Assembly (NCBI GenBank): GCA_963733195.1
Contig: CAVTCR010000020.1
Span: 1 to 33,236 of the forward strand
From: an uncultured delta proteobacterium
Lineage (GTDB): Bacteria > Desulfobacterota > Binatia > Bin18
Direction of reading: 5' to 3'
Length of the DNA: 33,236 nucleotides
The position numbers and the translations under genes were made by a program. Below, piece after piece: positions 9,495-18,926 of the stretch. The notes under the pieces were generated by a model. The model searched no databases, was not told the DNA's origin, and saw only the letters and a list, made by a program, of their open reading frames with translations. Numbering within the stretch: position 1 is the first letter of the stretch; each line of letters begins with the position of its first letter.

Positions 9495-9880
9495 ACGACG
9501 AAGAATCCCGATGAGGTCGGCGGAGAGAGATTCTTCGCCTCACTTCATTCGTTACGGATGCTCGAAAAACATCACATCGTCTTCCGGCTCTCCTGGACCA
9601 GGAGGTGGGACTTTCTCGTTGTACAGGAAAAAGAAAGTGAGGGGAAGACGCACTTCGTCGTAACTAGAGGCACTGACCGAAGGTTTTTACGGCTCTAAAA
9701 TTCCCCACCTGAACTGTAACGAGCCCTGTCGACTCCGCTGCGTTTCAGCTCAGGGCAGGCTTCGTCGAACTATGCGACACCTCCTTCGACAAAACTCACT
9801 ACAGGCTTTACGAAAGGGGGCTTTCAGGTTCCACTCCTGCCGCACGGCCACAGGTGGAAAAGGAGGTCGGGAGGATTTCG
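9495..9880. repeat. Mosaic of degenerate REP-like palindromes in a long spacer
   Basis: CGAAGAATC...GATTCTTCG (same core as 6981-7047); CCCTGTCGACTCCGCTG...GCTCAGGGCAGGC; CCTTCGACAAAACTCACTACAGGC; AAAGGGGG and GGGAGGATTT fragments. No credible ORF. Confidence 0.55.
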
Positions 9881-9911
9881 CCACCAAAGTCACTTCATCG
9901 CTGGGCACAAT

Positions 9912-10121
9912 TTATGCGGCTTTCGGGAATTCCCGATGAGTGGTCTCTCCATGTTCAATGTGACGTTGTGCTTCCCGCATATCATGAAAACCAATAGCAA
10001 AGGCAAACGCGAGAACGCAGAAACTGAGAAGAAGCACCATGCCGACGAATAGCGGTGTGAAGTCCGCTGTCATATCGAGCACTGCTGCAGGAACACCAGA
10101 AGATAATGCGTGCGGGAACAT
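9912..10121 (-). CDS. Small single-pass membrane protein (69 aa), unknown function
   Basis: Perfect RBS AGGAGGTG a few nt before ATG 10121; one hydrophobic helix LFVGMVLLLSFCVLAFAFAIG; charged tail ending PKAA. Confidence 0.75.
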   Translation of the reverse strand: MFPHALSSGVPAAVLDMTADFTPLFVGMVLLLSFCVLAFAFAIGFHDMREAQRHIEHGETTHREFPKAA

Positions 10122-10174
10122 CTGTTCACCTCCTAAAGAGATTGAGCGATAAGCACACTCTGAGAGGTATTCTG

Positions 10175-10190
10175 AGCAAAAGGCAGGCCA
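10175..10190 (-). promoter_or_regulatory. Putative sigma-54 (-24/-12) promoter
   Basis: Minus strand TGGCCTGCCTTTTGCT has exact GG-N10-GC spacing and TTGCT, about 55 nt upstream of the small membrane protein start. Confidence 0.6.
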
Positions 10191-10359
10191 GATTGTCGGC
10201 TTTCTCATAGAGTGAAATTGCGTGACTTTCTCAGCAACAAAGCGAAGCCTCCGGTATTTCCCTGTTGCATTTTACTTGGGGGTGCGTCGTATTCCGCAAC
10301 TGTGCATCTGTATCGGCTGCTCGTTTCGTTCCACTTGTGGCTATGCTATGGCAGCTCAC

Positions 10360-11437
10360 ATGAAGACCTACAACATCGTTGTTCTTAAAGGGGATGGAAT
10401 CGGTCCAGAAATCATCGACGCTGCGCTGCGAGTACTCGACTCAGTAGAGAAGAAGTTTGGGCGCTTTCACCTGAATTTGCAGTTCTATCCTGCAGGAGCG
10501 GAATGTTATCGCCGAACTGGAACCAACCTCTCGCCAGAGGCATTTGCGGCTTGTAAAGCAGCCGATGCTGTACTCAAAGGACCAATGGGCCTCCCCGACG
10601 TGCGCAAGCCTGATGGCACTGAAGCGGGTATTCTTGGTGGCGTATTACGCACAGGTTTGGATCTCTATGCGAATGTCAGGCCGATCCGGTTGTTCCCCGA
10701 GGTCGCTACTGCGCTCGCTGGGAAAATCGCTGGTGACATCGACTACGTGATCGTCCGTGAGAACACGGAAGGGATTTACTTCTCACGTGGACAAGGCGAG
10801 GTCTCACCTGAAGGAGTGAAAGATACAATCGTTACAACACGTACAGGAACTGAGCGGATTGTCCGCTTTGCTTTTGAGCTTGCACGCAAGCATTCTGGTG
10901 CGCCACAAGATGGCGTAAAACGTGTCACCTGCGTCGATAAGAGCAATGTATTGCGCAGCTTTGCTTTGTTTCGCCAGATTTTTGAGGAAGTCGGTAAACA
11001 GTATCCTGACATTGAAAAGAACTGCTTGTATGCTGACGCTGCAGCTCAGGCGCTCGATACTCTGGCCCGAGCGCTTCTCAGTGATCGTCTGTGAGAATTT
11101 TCTCGGCGACATCTTGAGTGATTTGGGAGCAGCAACAGCCGGCGGGCTGGGATTCTGTGGCGCAGCGAATCTTGGGACCAAGCACGCGGTATTTGAAACG
11201 ACGCATGGTTCAGCTCCAGCGCTGGCCGGAACAAACAAAGCGAACCCGATCTCGGCAATCTTGGCTGGAGCAATGATGCTGGAACGGCTTGGTGAGATCA
11301 CGGCAAGCGAGACGGTTCGCACTGCCGTCGAAACTACATGCAAAGACAAACGGGTATGGATCGATACCGACGGCTGTCCAGTGGAAGGAACACAGGCGGT
11401 GACAGAAGCGGTCATTCAATGCGTGAATGAGCAGTGA
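10360..11437 (+). CDS. Isocitrate/isopropylmalate (beta-decarboxylating) dehydrogenase family protein (frameshift near 11055)
   Basis: GDGIGPEI, LDLYANVRP, VRENTEGIY, VDKSNVL, YADAAA in one frame; ENFLGDILSD, FETTHGSAPALAG, ANPISAIL in the next. Alternative start 10348. Confidence 0.9.
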
Positions 11438-11571
11438 AAATGCTAGGAAGCTGGAAAGCTAACAGGAAGTAGGGCGGACTGTGGTCACGTTTCACGTTCA
11501 TCGGAATTTACCGCCTATCACCAGCCGGTCGAACATCTCAACAAGCGTGTGCGTCCCGAACGGCCCGACCG

Positions 11572-12350
11572 TTATGGTGCCAGAGATTCTATCAAGGCCA
11601 TGGCGATACTGAGCCACACGCCAACGGTGAAGTAGAGGGTCATCCACGGCACTTCCCGACGCCACACGATCCAACTGCGGGTCAAGTGCCGTCGCGCGAG
11701 CGTATCCTGCAATCCTCCCCACAGCGGAAGATAGGGAGTCTTTGCGCGGCGCTGGTGGTGCCAGCGGGCAATGTACATGGGCACGTCGATGAGACTCATC
11801 AGCAGCACGGCGCCGCTGCCGCAGACGATGCCCATCGAGAGGACGATTTCTCGCACCCCGTGCGTGTGGAGCCACGCGTTGGCGAAGCCAACGGCGAGCA
11901 GGGCGACGATGAAGGTCCAGAGGAGTTCCTCAACGACATGACCAAGATGATTGAGCGTGATCACCGCATACCAGCACGAAAGCTGAGCCATCCGATCACG
12001 GGAACAATCCACAGCGCAAGCGAATCCAGAGAGGCGACACGGGTCATTTCGCGAGAGTTTGGCGAGGCACAGGGTACACTGCACGGCAAAACACATTTCC
12101 GCCAGGGTCGCTACCGACCGCCCGGTAAAAATAACCGAGAGCGGCGTATCCCAGAGGCAGGCGCTCAAGGTCCACCCGCGGGAAGATCGAACGGAAGGCG
12201 CACACCGCAACATAAACGCCAGACAGCACGAGCTGCCAGGCCGGTACGTCGTATCCGCATCTCAACACGGGTCGCCATGAGCCACAGCCCGACATTCAGC
12301 AGCGAAGCACCGCAGCGACCAACCCACTACAGGGTGACGTCTCCGCTCAT
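11572..12350 (-). CDS. Conserved multi-pass membrane protein of unknown function (several frameshifts)
   Basis: Stitched frames: LLNVGLW / WQLVLSGVYVAVCAFRSIFPRVDLER / CLWDTPLSVIFTGRSVATLAEMCFAVQ / WYAVITLNHLGHVVEELLW / DVPMY / WRREVPWMTLYFTVGVWLSI. Start position uncertain. Confidence 0.7.
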
Positions 12351-12646
12351 CCTGGGCTGGCCCGAGGACTAAAACCGAGGCTACAGAAGGTACGGTATGA
12401 GCTGTTCGAGAGGTCCCTCAGCAGCTCTCTCCACTGGACTTTCACGCACGCCATTGATCAAGTCCTGTAACAATAAAGATACAGATTTGTAACAGGGCGG
12501 AAACAAGAACTCAGACAAACAATAGCTAAAATGCGGAATATGCCATGAATATGTACAAAACACGGACAATCGATATTGCCCTATATAGGCGCGCTGTTAC
12601 TGTAACACGGCGATTCATCCCGGTGAAAATGCCGCGATTTTTTCCT

Positions 12647-12671
12647 GATTCCCGCTTTCGCGGGAATGACG
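12647..12671. repeat. REP-like hairpin of dRS3 type
   Basis: GATTCCCGC-TTTC-GCGGGAATGACG; matches the ATTCCC-N8-GGGAAT pattern. Confidence 0.75.
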
Positions 12672-12798
12672 TCTCGTTTTTTCTCCGGGCTGTATCCGCT
12701 CTACAATTCCTTCGTTCGTTACTCTTGCAAACCACGTCTGAATCAGCGAAAAGACCTCTTACGTTGCATCCTGTTAGGAGCAACAGGAGGGGATACCA

Positions 12799-13846
12799 AT
12801 GAAATTCGGATTACACTATCAACTACCCTGCGCGCCGTCGCAATCGCCAGTGCAGCGCTACCGCGATACCATCGAACAATGCGTATACGCCGAAGCGCTT
12901 GGCTTCGAGTCGGTGTGGCCAGTGGAGCAACATTTCAATCCTAACCTTTCGAGTATTCCAGCTCCGTTGTTACTCCTCTCTGCCGTTGCTGAACGGACTA
13001 CCACCTTGCGGTTGGGGATTGCGGTTGTCTTACTATCCCTCTCACACCCAGTGCGGGTAGCTGAGGAGATTGCCACCTTAGATGTCTTGAGCAACGGGCG
13101 GGTTGAGTTCGGTGTCGGCCGTGGATCGATTCCGACGCACTTCTCTGGTTTTGGCCTCAATCAAAGCGAAAGTCGTGAACGCATGCTGGAGGGGTGGGAA
13201 CTGATCCGCCAGGCATGGACGAATGATCGCTGTTCCTACCAAGGACGATTTTGGCAGGTGGAAAACATTGCCGTGATTCCCAAACCTGTGCAACAACCGC
13301 ACCCGCCGATACGCTTTGCGGCGAACAGTATCGATTCTTTTGAACTGTTCGGACGTATGGGCGAGCCAATTTTTGTTGCTGCGCAGGTCAATCCGTTTCG
13401 TAAGATTCGCGAGTTCTTGCCTCTGTACCGTCAAGCCCGCCAAGCAGCAGGACATCCAGACAACGGCGGTGAAGATGTGACGTTATTAATGCCGCTGTAT
13501 GTTGGTGAAAGCCAGGAACAGATCCGACAAGAGCTAGAGCCGAGTATTAGACACTTCCTTGGAGCGGTGGCAACGATCTATGAGTCAGCTGGTCCGTTGC
13601 CTGAGAGTCGCCTGAAGGAAGTATTAGAGCGGGTACGCAAAATGACGTACGACCAAACGCGAGAGGTCATGGCGGTCTTCGACACGCCAGAAGCATGTGT
13701 CGAAGTTGAAAGGGATTTCAGCAAGAGTTCGGATGGGGCGAGTGATCTGTTGGTTTAACCCAGGTGGTATGGTGCCACATGATAAGGTCATGCGTAGTAT
13801 GGAGTTGTTTGCCAAGAAGGTTATGCCACATTTTCGGGAACAGTGA
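12799..13846 (+). CDS. Luciferase-like monooxygenase (LLM class flavin-dependent oxidoreductase), frameshifted near the C-terminus
   Basis: AEALGFESVWPVEQHF, HPVRVAEEIATLDVLSNGRVEFGVGRG, PKPVQQPHPPI; true tail (ICWFNPGGMVPHDKVMRSMELFAKKVMPHFREQ*) lies in another frame, stop at 13844-13846. Confidence 0.9.
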
Positions 13847-14574
13847 TGAATTACAAACGTGAATTTCTTGACCTGTTGTTAAAAAAAGATGCGTTAAAGA
13901 TCGCCAAGGATGCGAATTCGTTCTTCAAACTGAAAAGTGGTCGCATGAGTCCGACCTTTGCGTCGATTGGTTCTCTCACTGATGGTGAAAGCTTAGCAAT
14001 TCTCAAGAAAGGCTACAGTGCTGCTGCGTTTGATGGTGTGAAGAACGGTGTCCTGAAAGACTTCCAATACGTTTTTGGCCCGGCCTATAAGGGAATCAAC
14101 CTGTGCGCGCTGACCTGTGAAGGGTTGTACGAGCAGTTCGGTAAGAACACCTGCTATCTCTATGATCGCAAAGAAGAGAAAACTCACGGCGAAGTAACCC
14201 AAGGCAGCGATGCCAGCAAGGTGATCGTTGGGGCAGAAAAGTTTGTGCAAGGCGGCGGTATTCTGCTCGTTGACGATGTGATCACTACCGGGCAGGCAAA
14301 ATACGAGGCCCTGGAAAAAATTCGTTTGCTGGGCTCGTATACTCTTGCCGGCATGGTGATAGCTGTCGATCGACAAGAACTGATGGGTGATGCAAATACC
14401 GTAGGAACACAGAGTGCTGTGCAAGCGACTGGACAAAGAGTTAGGAATCAAAACCGTGGCAATTCTGACTATGCAAGATATTTTCGCCCTTGTGAAAGAT
14501 TCGCTTGATAAAGAGCGTGCGTCGAGCATGGGTGGAGTATTATGAGACGGTTTGGCGCGGTAAGGATGGAGTGA
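13846..14574 (+). CDS. pyrE: Orotate phosphoribosyltransferase (frameshifted C-terminus)
   Basis: FKLKSGRMSP, FGPAYKGI, DRKEEKTHGE, PRPP motif LLVDDVITTG, IAVDRQE; tail LDKELGIKTVAILTMQDIF...AWVEYYE in shifted frames; TGATG overlap with the upstream LLM gene. Confidence 0.85.
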
Positions 14575-14690
14575 AACCAGTGAAGAATGAAGAATAAGAG
14601 TGAAACGGCGAAAACGGTTAAAGGGACGTGAAACTGTATCACTGACAGCCTGCGTTATACGTTTGACATATTTACGTTTTCACGTATCAA
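14575..14690. repeat. Degenerate heptamer tandem repeats with an inverted partner
   Basis: TGAAGAA-TGAAGAA-TAAGAG, GAAACGG-CGAAAACGG, ACGTGAAA ... TTTACGT-TTTCACGT. Confidence 0.55.
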
Positions 14691-14702
14691 AAGGAGATCC
14701 CC

Positions 14703-15558
14703 ATGAAAATCGGCGTATTCGAATTTGCGATCGATCAGTCAACTGACCCAGCAGTGTTGGCCAAACGGGCTGAAGAGTTGGGCTTTGCCTCGTTCTGGGT
14801 ACCTGAGCATCCGGTCATTCCGATTAAGACCTCGACTCCGTATCCTGGTTCGGCGGATGGCATTATTCCTGACGCGTATGGTCGGATTCTTGACCCGTTT
14901 GTTGCGTTGGCGCGTGTGTCAGGTGCAACCAAGACTATTCAACTTGGTACTGGAATCTGCCTCATTCCCGAGCGTAACCCGCTGCTACTGGCAAAAGAAG
15001 TGGCGACGCTTAGATCGTCTTTCGGGTGGACGATTCATCTTTGGTATAGGGGCCGGATGGTTGAAAGAGGAAACCGAAGTTATGGGTGGGGACTTTGCTC
15101 ATCGCTGGACACAAACTAAAGATGCCATCATGGCAATGAAAGAGTTATGGACTAAGGATGAATCTTCGTATCAAGGCAAGTATTATAACTTCCCTGCTGT
15201 CCGCTCCTTTCCTAAACCACATCAGAAGCCGCATCCGCCAATTTTCATGGGTGGAACGGCGAAGAACGTCTTCCAACGTGTGGTTGAATGGGGCAATGGT
15301 TGGATGCCGGTTCGTGGCTCGCTAGAGAAGATCAAAGAAGGACGCGCGACATTGAATCACTTGGCTGAGAAAGCTGGACGCGACCCGAAATCAATTGAGG
15401 TTCTCGCCTTTGGCTGGCCAGGTGGATATCGCAATCGTGATGAGATCGATGCCCTTGCAAAAGCTGGAGTTGATCACTGCACGATCTGGCTCACGCAGAG
15501 TGAGACCGCAGATGCGGTGAAAGAAATTGAGCAGTTGGCAAAGGCGGTGTTAAGGTGA
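14703..15558 (+). CDS. LLM class, probably F420-dependent, oxidoreductase (frameshift near 15010)
   Basis: AEELGFASFWVPEHPVIP, DPFVALA, LGTGICLIPERNPLLLAKEVATL then DRLSGGRFIFGIGAGWLKEE, PKPHQKPHPPIFMGG, GNGWMP; RBS AAGGAG. Confidence 0.9.
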
Positions 15559-15564
15559 GCATTC

Positions 15565-15594
15565 GTCGGGGGCACGGTACACCGTGCCCCCGAC
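15565..15594. repeat. Perfect 14-bp palindrome between convergent genes (GTAG-family REP-like with GTCG ends; possible bidirectional terminator)
   Basis: GTCGGGGGCACGGT-AC-ACCGTGCCCCCGAC. Confidence 0.8.
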
Positions 15595-15597
15595 AAA

Positions 15598-17003
15598 CTA
15601 AATCGCCGGATGCTGCTTATACCACCCAGCCGCTTGCTCATACGCATATCCTGCCTGGAACACTGTCGTTTCGTCGAATGGTTTCCCAGCAAGTTGAAAG
15701 CCGATTGGCAGACCACTAGCGCTGAATCCACATGGTAGGGCGAGCGCAGGAAAGCCGGTCATATTGAAAATCGGGGTATAGATCGAGAAGTTCTCCTCAG
15801 AGATGAACATGCCAACTGGCGGTTCAGAACGAATCCGTCCCGGTAAAAAGCCAGTCGTCGGTAACATGAAGAGGTCGATCGTTTCCAATTGCTTGAGCAT
15901 CCTGCGACGCAGTTGATCACGTACACGTTGCGCTTGCAAATAGCTTGTTGCACTGACCAACGTACCCATAGCCAACGTCAAACGGAGATCTGGGTTGTAG
16001 TCATTGGGCCGCTTCTTCATATCTTCGAGGTGATAGGCTGCCGCATCAGCAGCCACGGTCGGCCAGAACGCCGCCCACAGATCTCCAAACGAGATTGATT
16101 CAACGTCTGTTACTGTGGCGCCAAGCCCAGCCATCTGCGTCACCGCTTTTTCAAACGATGCCAGAATCTCCTTATCACAATTCGCCATGAATAGATCGCG
16201 CGGGATACCAATACGCATGCCTTTGATGTCACGCCCAAGCTTGGCAGTGAAATCAGGGACTGGTTCGTTGGCTGACGCGGGATCAAGCGGATCATATCCT
16301 GCGCACGCTTGTAACATGAGGGCACAGTCCTTCACTGTTCGTGTCATCGGCCCGGTATGATCGAGATTCCAGGACAATGGAAAGACGCCAGCTCGGCTGA
16401 CACGGCCATACGTCGCTTTCATACCGACGATACCGCAACAAAACGCCGGCCAACGAATTGAGCCGCCAGTATCGCTGCCCATCGCACCATAGGTGAGTCC
16501 GGCGGCAACGGCTGCGCCTGAGCCGCTGCTTGAGCCTCCGGGATCGATGTCAGTATCCCACGGGTTACGCGCAGGTTGGAAATACGAGGCTAATGTCGGT
16601 AGCCCCATTGCAAACTCATACGTCGCTAATTTGCCCAGCAGTATGCCACCTGCTTGTTTGAGTTTTTTGACTGACGTGCAGTCATTCTTGGCAACATAAT
16701 CTTTCCGCAGTTTTGATCCACAGGTGGTTGGGCCGGATTCGTAAATATCTTTGACTGCGATCGGGAACCCCATGCAGTGGCCACGTGATAGTTACCTGCA
16801 CGGATTTGTGCTTCTGCTTCGCGAGCGGCGCTGAGAGCGTCGGCAGTAAAGACGGTGTAGTATGAATGCAAGCGTGGGTCGACAGCAGTGATACGATCCA
16901 ACATCGCTTGGGTGAGTTCAACCGGAGACAGCTCGCGTTTGGCAATCAAAGTAGACACCTCAGCAAGTGAGAGATAGACCAATTGAGCAGGTGCGTGTGC
17001 CAT
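15598..17003 (-). CDS. Amidase signature family enzyme (GatA/AtzE-like), frameshift near 16780
   Basis: N-terminal LSLAEVSTLIAKRELSPVEL; catalytic Lys in IAVKDI; PGGSSSGS; GSDTGGSIRWPA; SGLPIGFQLAGKPFDE. Confidence 0.9.
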
Positions 17004-17005
17004 GA

Positions 17006-17188
17006 TTAGCCCTCCACTTTGGCTTGAAATGTTAGTGCCGGTTCGGTTTCTGCTTGGAGCATCTTTTGGACAACGGCTTCCCATTTCTGTAGGCTTGCGT
17101 GTGCCTTAGCAAGCAGTTCGACCTCCTGCTCGCTGAGCGATATGCCGAGCGCAGCAAGCCGGGCCATGACAATTTGTTTGTGATCCAT
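17006..17188 (-). CDS. Small amidase partner subunit (GatC/AtzG-like, 60 aa)
   Basis: RBS AAGGAGG; ends 2 nt before the amidase start; pattern LAALGISLSEQEVELL...ETEPALTF resembles GatC/AtzG-type partners. Confidence 0.7.
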   Translation of the reverse strand: MDHKQIVMARLAALGISLSEQEVELLAKAHASLQKWEAVVQKMLQAETEPALTFQAKVEG

Positions 17189-17221
17189 GGCGACCCTCCT
17201 TTTTCTGGGCGAACCTTGTAC

Positions 17222-17875
17222 TTATATTCCCAACTGTTTCTCCATACGTTGCCACCACTCTTTGAGTGCAGGTGTTGCATCAAAGAATGGCTCAAGGCTA
17301 ACCGAGGTTACCCACTTGAACGAACCGAACAAGCAGAGGTCTGCATACGTCAGAGTGCCGAAGAAATACTCTTGTCCAGCGATCGCGAGGTTTAAGTCCC
17401 CCATCATCGCTCGCATTCGGGCACGAAACTCTGGACGCTTAGCTGCCGCAGTCTCCAATTTCATGCCCATCCGCTCTTCCCGCGATTTGCGGAAGTACTC
17501 ACGATCACTCGGATCGACACACGCGAAAATGTCCGTCACGACTACAGGGAATAACGCGGTGTGAACCGTGCGATCAACGTACAGATTAAAGAAGCGACAC
17601 GCTTCTTTGAGACCAAGGCCGGGAAAGATTTTCGGGTCTGGCCGTGTGTCTTCAAGATATTCGGCAATCGTCCATGAGTCGTAGACAACTTTATCGTTAT
17701 CTTTGATAACTGGCACTCGATCTTGTCCAGAAAACGCCAGTTCAGCTTTGTCGGAAAAGCGGATTGGCGTTGTCGTATACGGAATCTTCTTGTACGCCAT
17801 AACGGCTTTCGTCCGCCAACAAAACGGACTGAAGCGGAGATTATTGGCACCAACGAGATCATATAACTCAATCAT
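17222..17875 (-). CDS. Glutathione S-transferase family protein, LigE/beta-etherase-like clade
   Basis: IELYDL, RFSPFCWRTK, cis-Pro loop RVPVI, DSWTIAEYLE, DREYFRKSREERMG, N-cap TYADL. Confidence 0.85.
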   Translation of the reverse strand: MIELYDLVGANNLRFSPFCWRTKAVMAYKKIPYTTTPIRFSDKAELAFSGQDRVPVIKDNDKVVYDSWTIAEYLEDTRPDPKIFPGLGLKEACRFFNLYVDRTVHTALFPVVVTDIFACVDPSDREYFRKSREERMGMKLETAAAKRPEFRARMRAMMGDLNLAIAGQEYFFGTLTYADLCLFGSFKWVTSVSLEPFFDATPALKEWWQRMEKQLGI

Positions 17876-18690
17876 GATATTATCCCTTCTAAGCGACGGA
17901 GTGCTTCGTGTGGCAATACTGACCCGTCGGCACTTTGTGCGTTTTCTGTGACTCGTTCCAGCCGTGAGGTCGCAGGCAATAGCGTCGCGATATCAGGATT
18001 CGCGAGCACATACTTTAGCAACGCTTGCCCTGGTGTAGTGACACCGTACTGATCAAGAAACGCCAGGTCCTGCTGCTGGAGCGGTTGTAACAAACGGTTC
18101 CGATCAAAAATCGGAGAGATCGGAGTCATCACCAGCACGCCGACATTGAGTTGTTTAGCAAGCGGAATGATCTCTCGTTCTGCCTCACGATCGCCAAGAT
18201 TGTACGGTATTTGAATAGTGTCAAATTTCCCCGTTCGCATCGCCTGCATCATTTCAGGAAACATACTGGTGCGATAGTCAGTGATCCCGAGGAAACGAAT
18301 CCGCCCTTTCGCTCTGTACTCCTCTAGAACCGGGGTAACTTCTTGCCAGGCAGACATGTTGTGAATCTGCATCAAATCAATAACGTCCACTTGCAACTTG
18401 CGAAACGATTCTTCGATCAGCGTTCGTGCCGAGCGTTGATCGTAGGCGAGTACTTTGGTTGCGACGATCACGTCCTTGCGTCTTCCTTTGAGCACTTCGC
18501 CGAGAACGTTTTCTGCCGCACCATACATTGGCGCGGTATCAAACAGATTCACGCCGCAGCGTAACGCTTCGGTTACCAGCATGTGGACATGCTCGATTTC
18601 TTTTGGTCCACGCACATCGAAGGACTTCCACGTGCCCATGCTTACCGTGCTCACCTGGAGTCCAGTCCGACCAAGAATACGATATTGCAT
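17872..18690 (-). CDS. Aldo/keto reductase
   Basis: MQYRILGRTGLQVS, FDTAPMYG, VATK, DLMQIHN, GRIRFLGIT, QIPYN; catalytic tetrad D/Y/K/H present; ATGA overlap with the GST gene. Confidence 0.93.
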   Translation of the reverse strand: MQYRILGRTGLQVSTVSMGTWKSFDVRGPKEIEHVHMLVTEALRCGVNLFDTAPMYGAAENVLGEVLKGRRKDVIVATKVLAYDQRSARTLIEESFRKLQVDVIDLMQIHNMSAWQEVTPVLEEYRAKGRIRFLGITDYRTSMFPEMMQAMRTGKFDTIQIPYNLGDREAEREIIPLAKQLNVGVLVMTPISPIFDRNRLLQPLQQQDLAFLDQYGVTTPGQALLKYVLANPDIATLLPATSRLERVTENAQSADGSVLPHEALRRLEGIIS

Positions 18691-18926
18691 AAAGTTTCTA
18701 GTTTCTCGTTTCAAGCCCGAAGTCCAAGGTCTAAAGTCAAAAGTCTTATAGGGCAAGGTTCAAATTTTTCCCGTTTTCCCATTTCGTCCTTTTGCCCCTT
18801 TAACCTTTATTCCATTCCCCATTTTCGCTTCTTCTTACTTTTGCCTTTTGATTTTTCTAGATTCCCTCTCACCCCTGCTTACAGTATACAGTATGCTACC
18901 GAAACGAACGAGGAAAGAAGGCAGCC

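Noticed and set aside
10360-11437. Calling this gene leuB
   Set aside because: No leu genes nearby and the substrate loop (EAGILGGVLR) is atypical, so only the family can be supported.
12525-12545. Second sigma-54 promoter (TGGCATATTCCGCA on the minus strand)
   Set aside because: Spacing is GG-N8-GC, not the required GG-N10-GC.
15598-17188. gatCA of the Glu/Asp-tRNA amidotransferase
   Set aside because: No gatB adjacent, the small protein is shorter than GatC, and the context is catabolic.
18875-18891. LexA box upstream of the SRAP gene
   Set aside because: CTG-N11-CAG spacing does not fit CTG-N10-CAG, and no SOS polymerase genes are adjacent.
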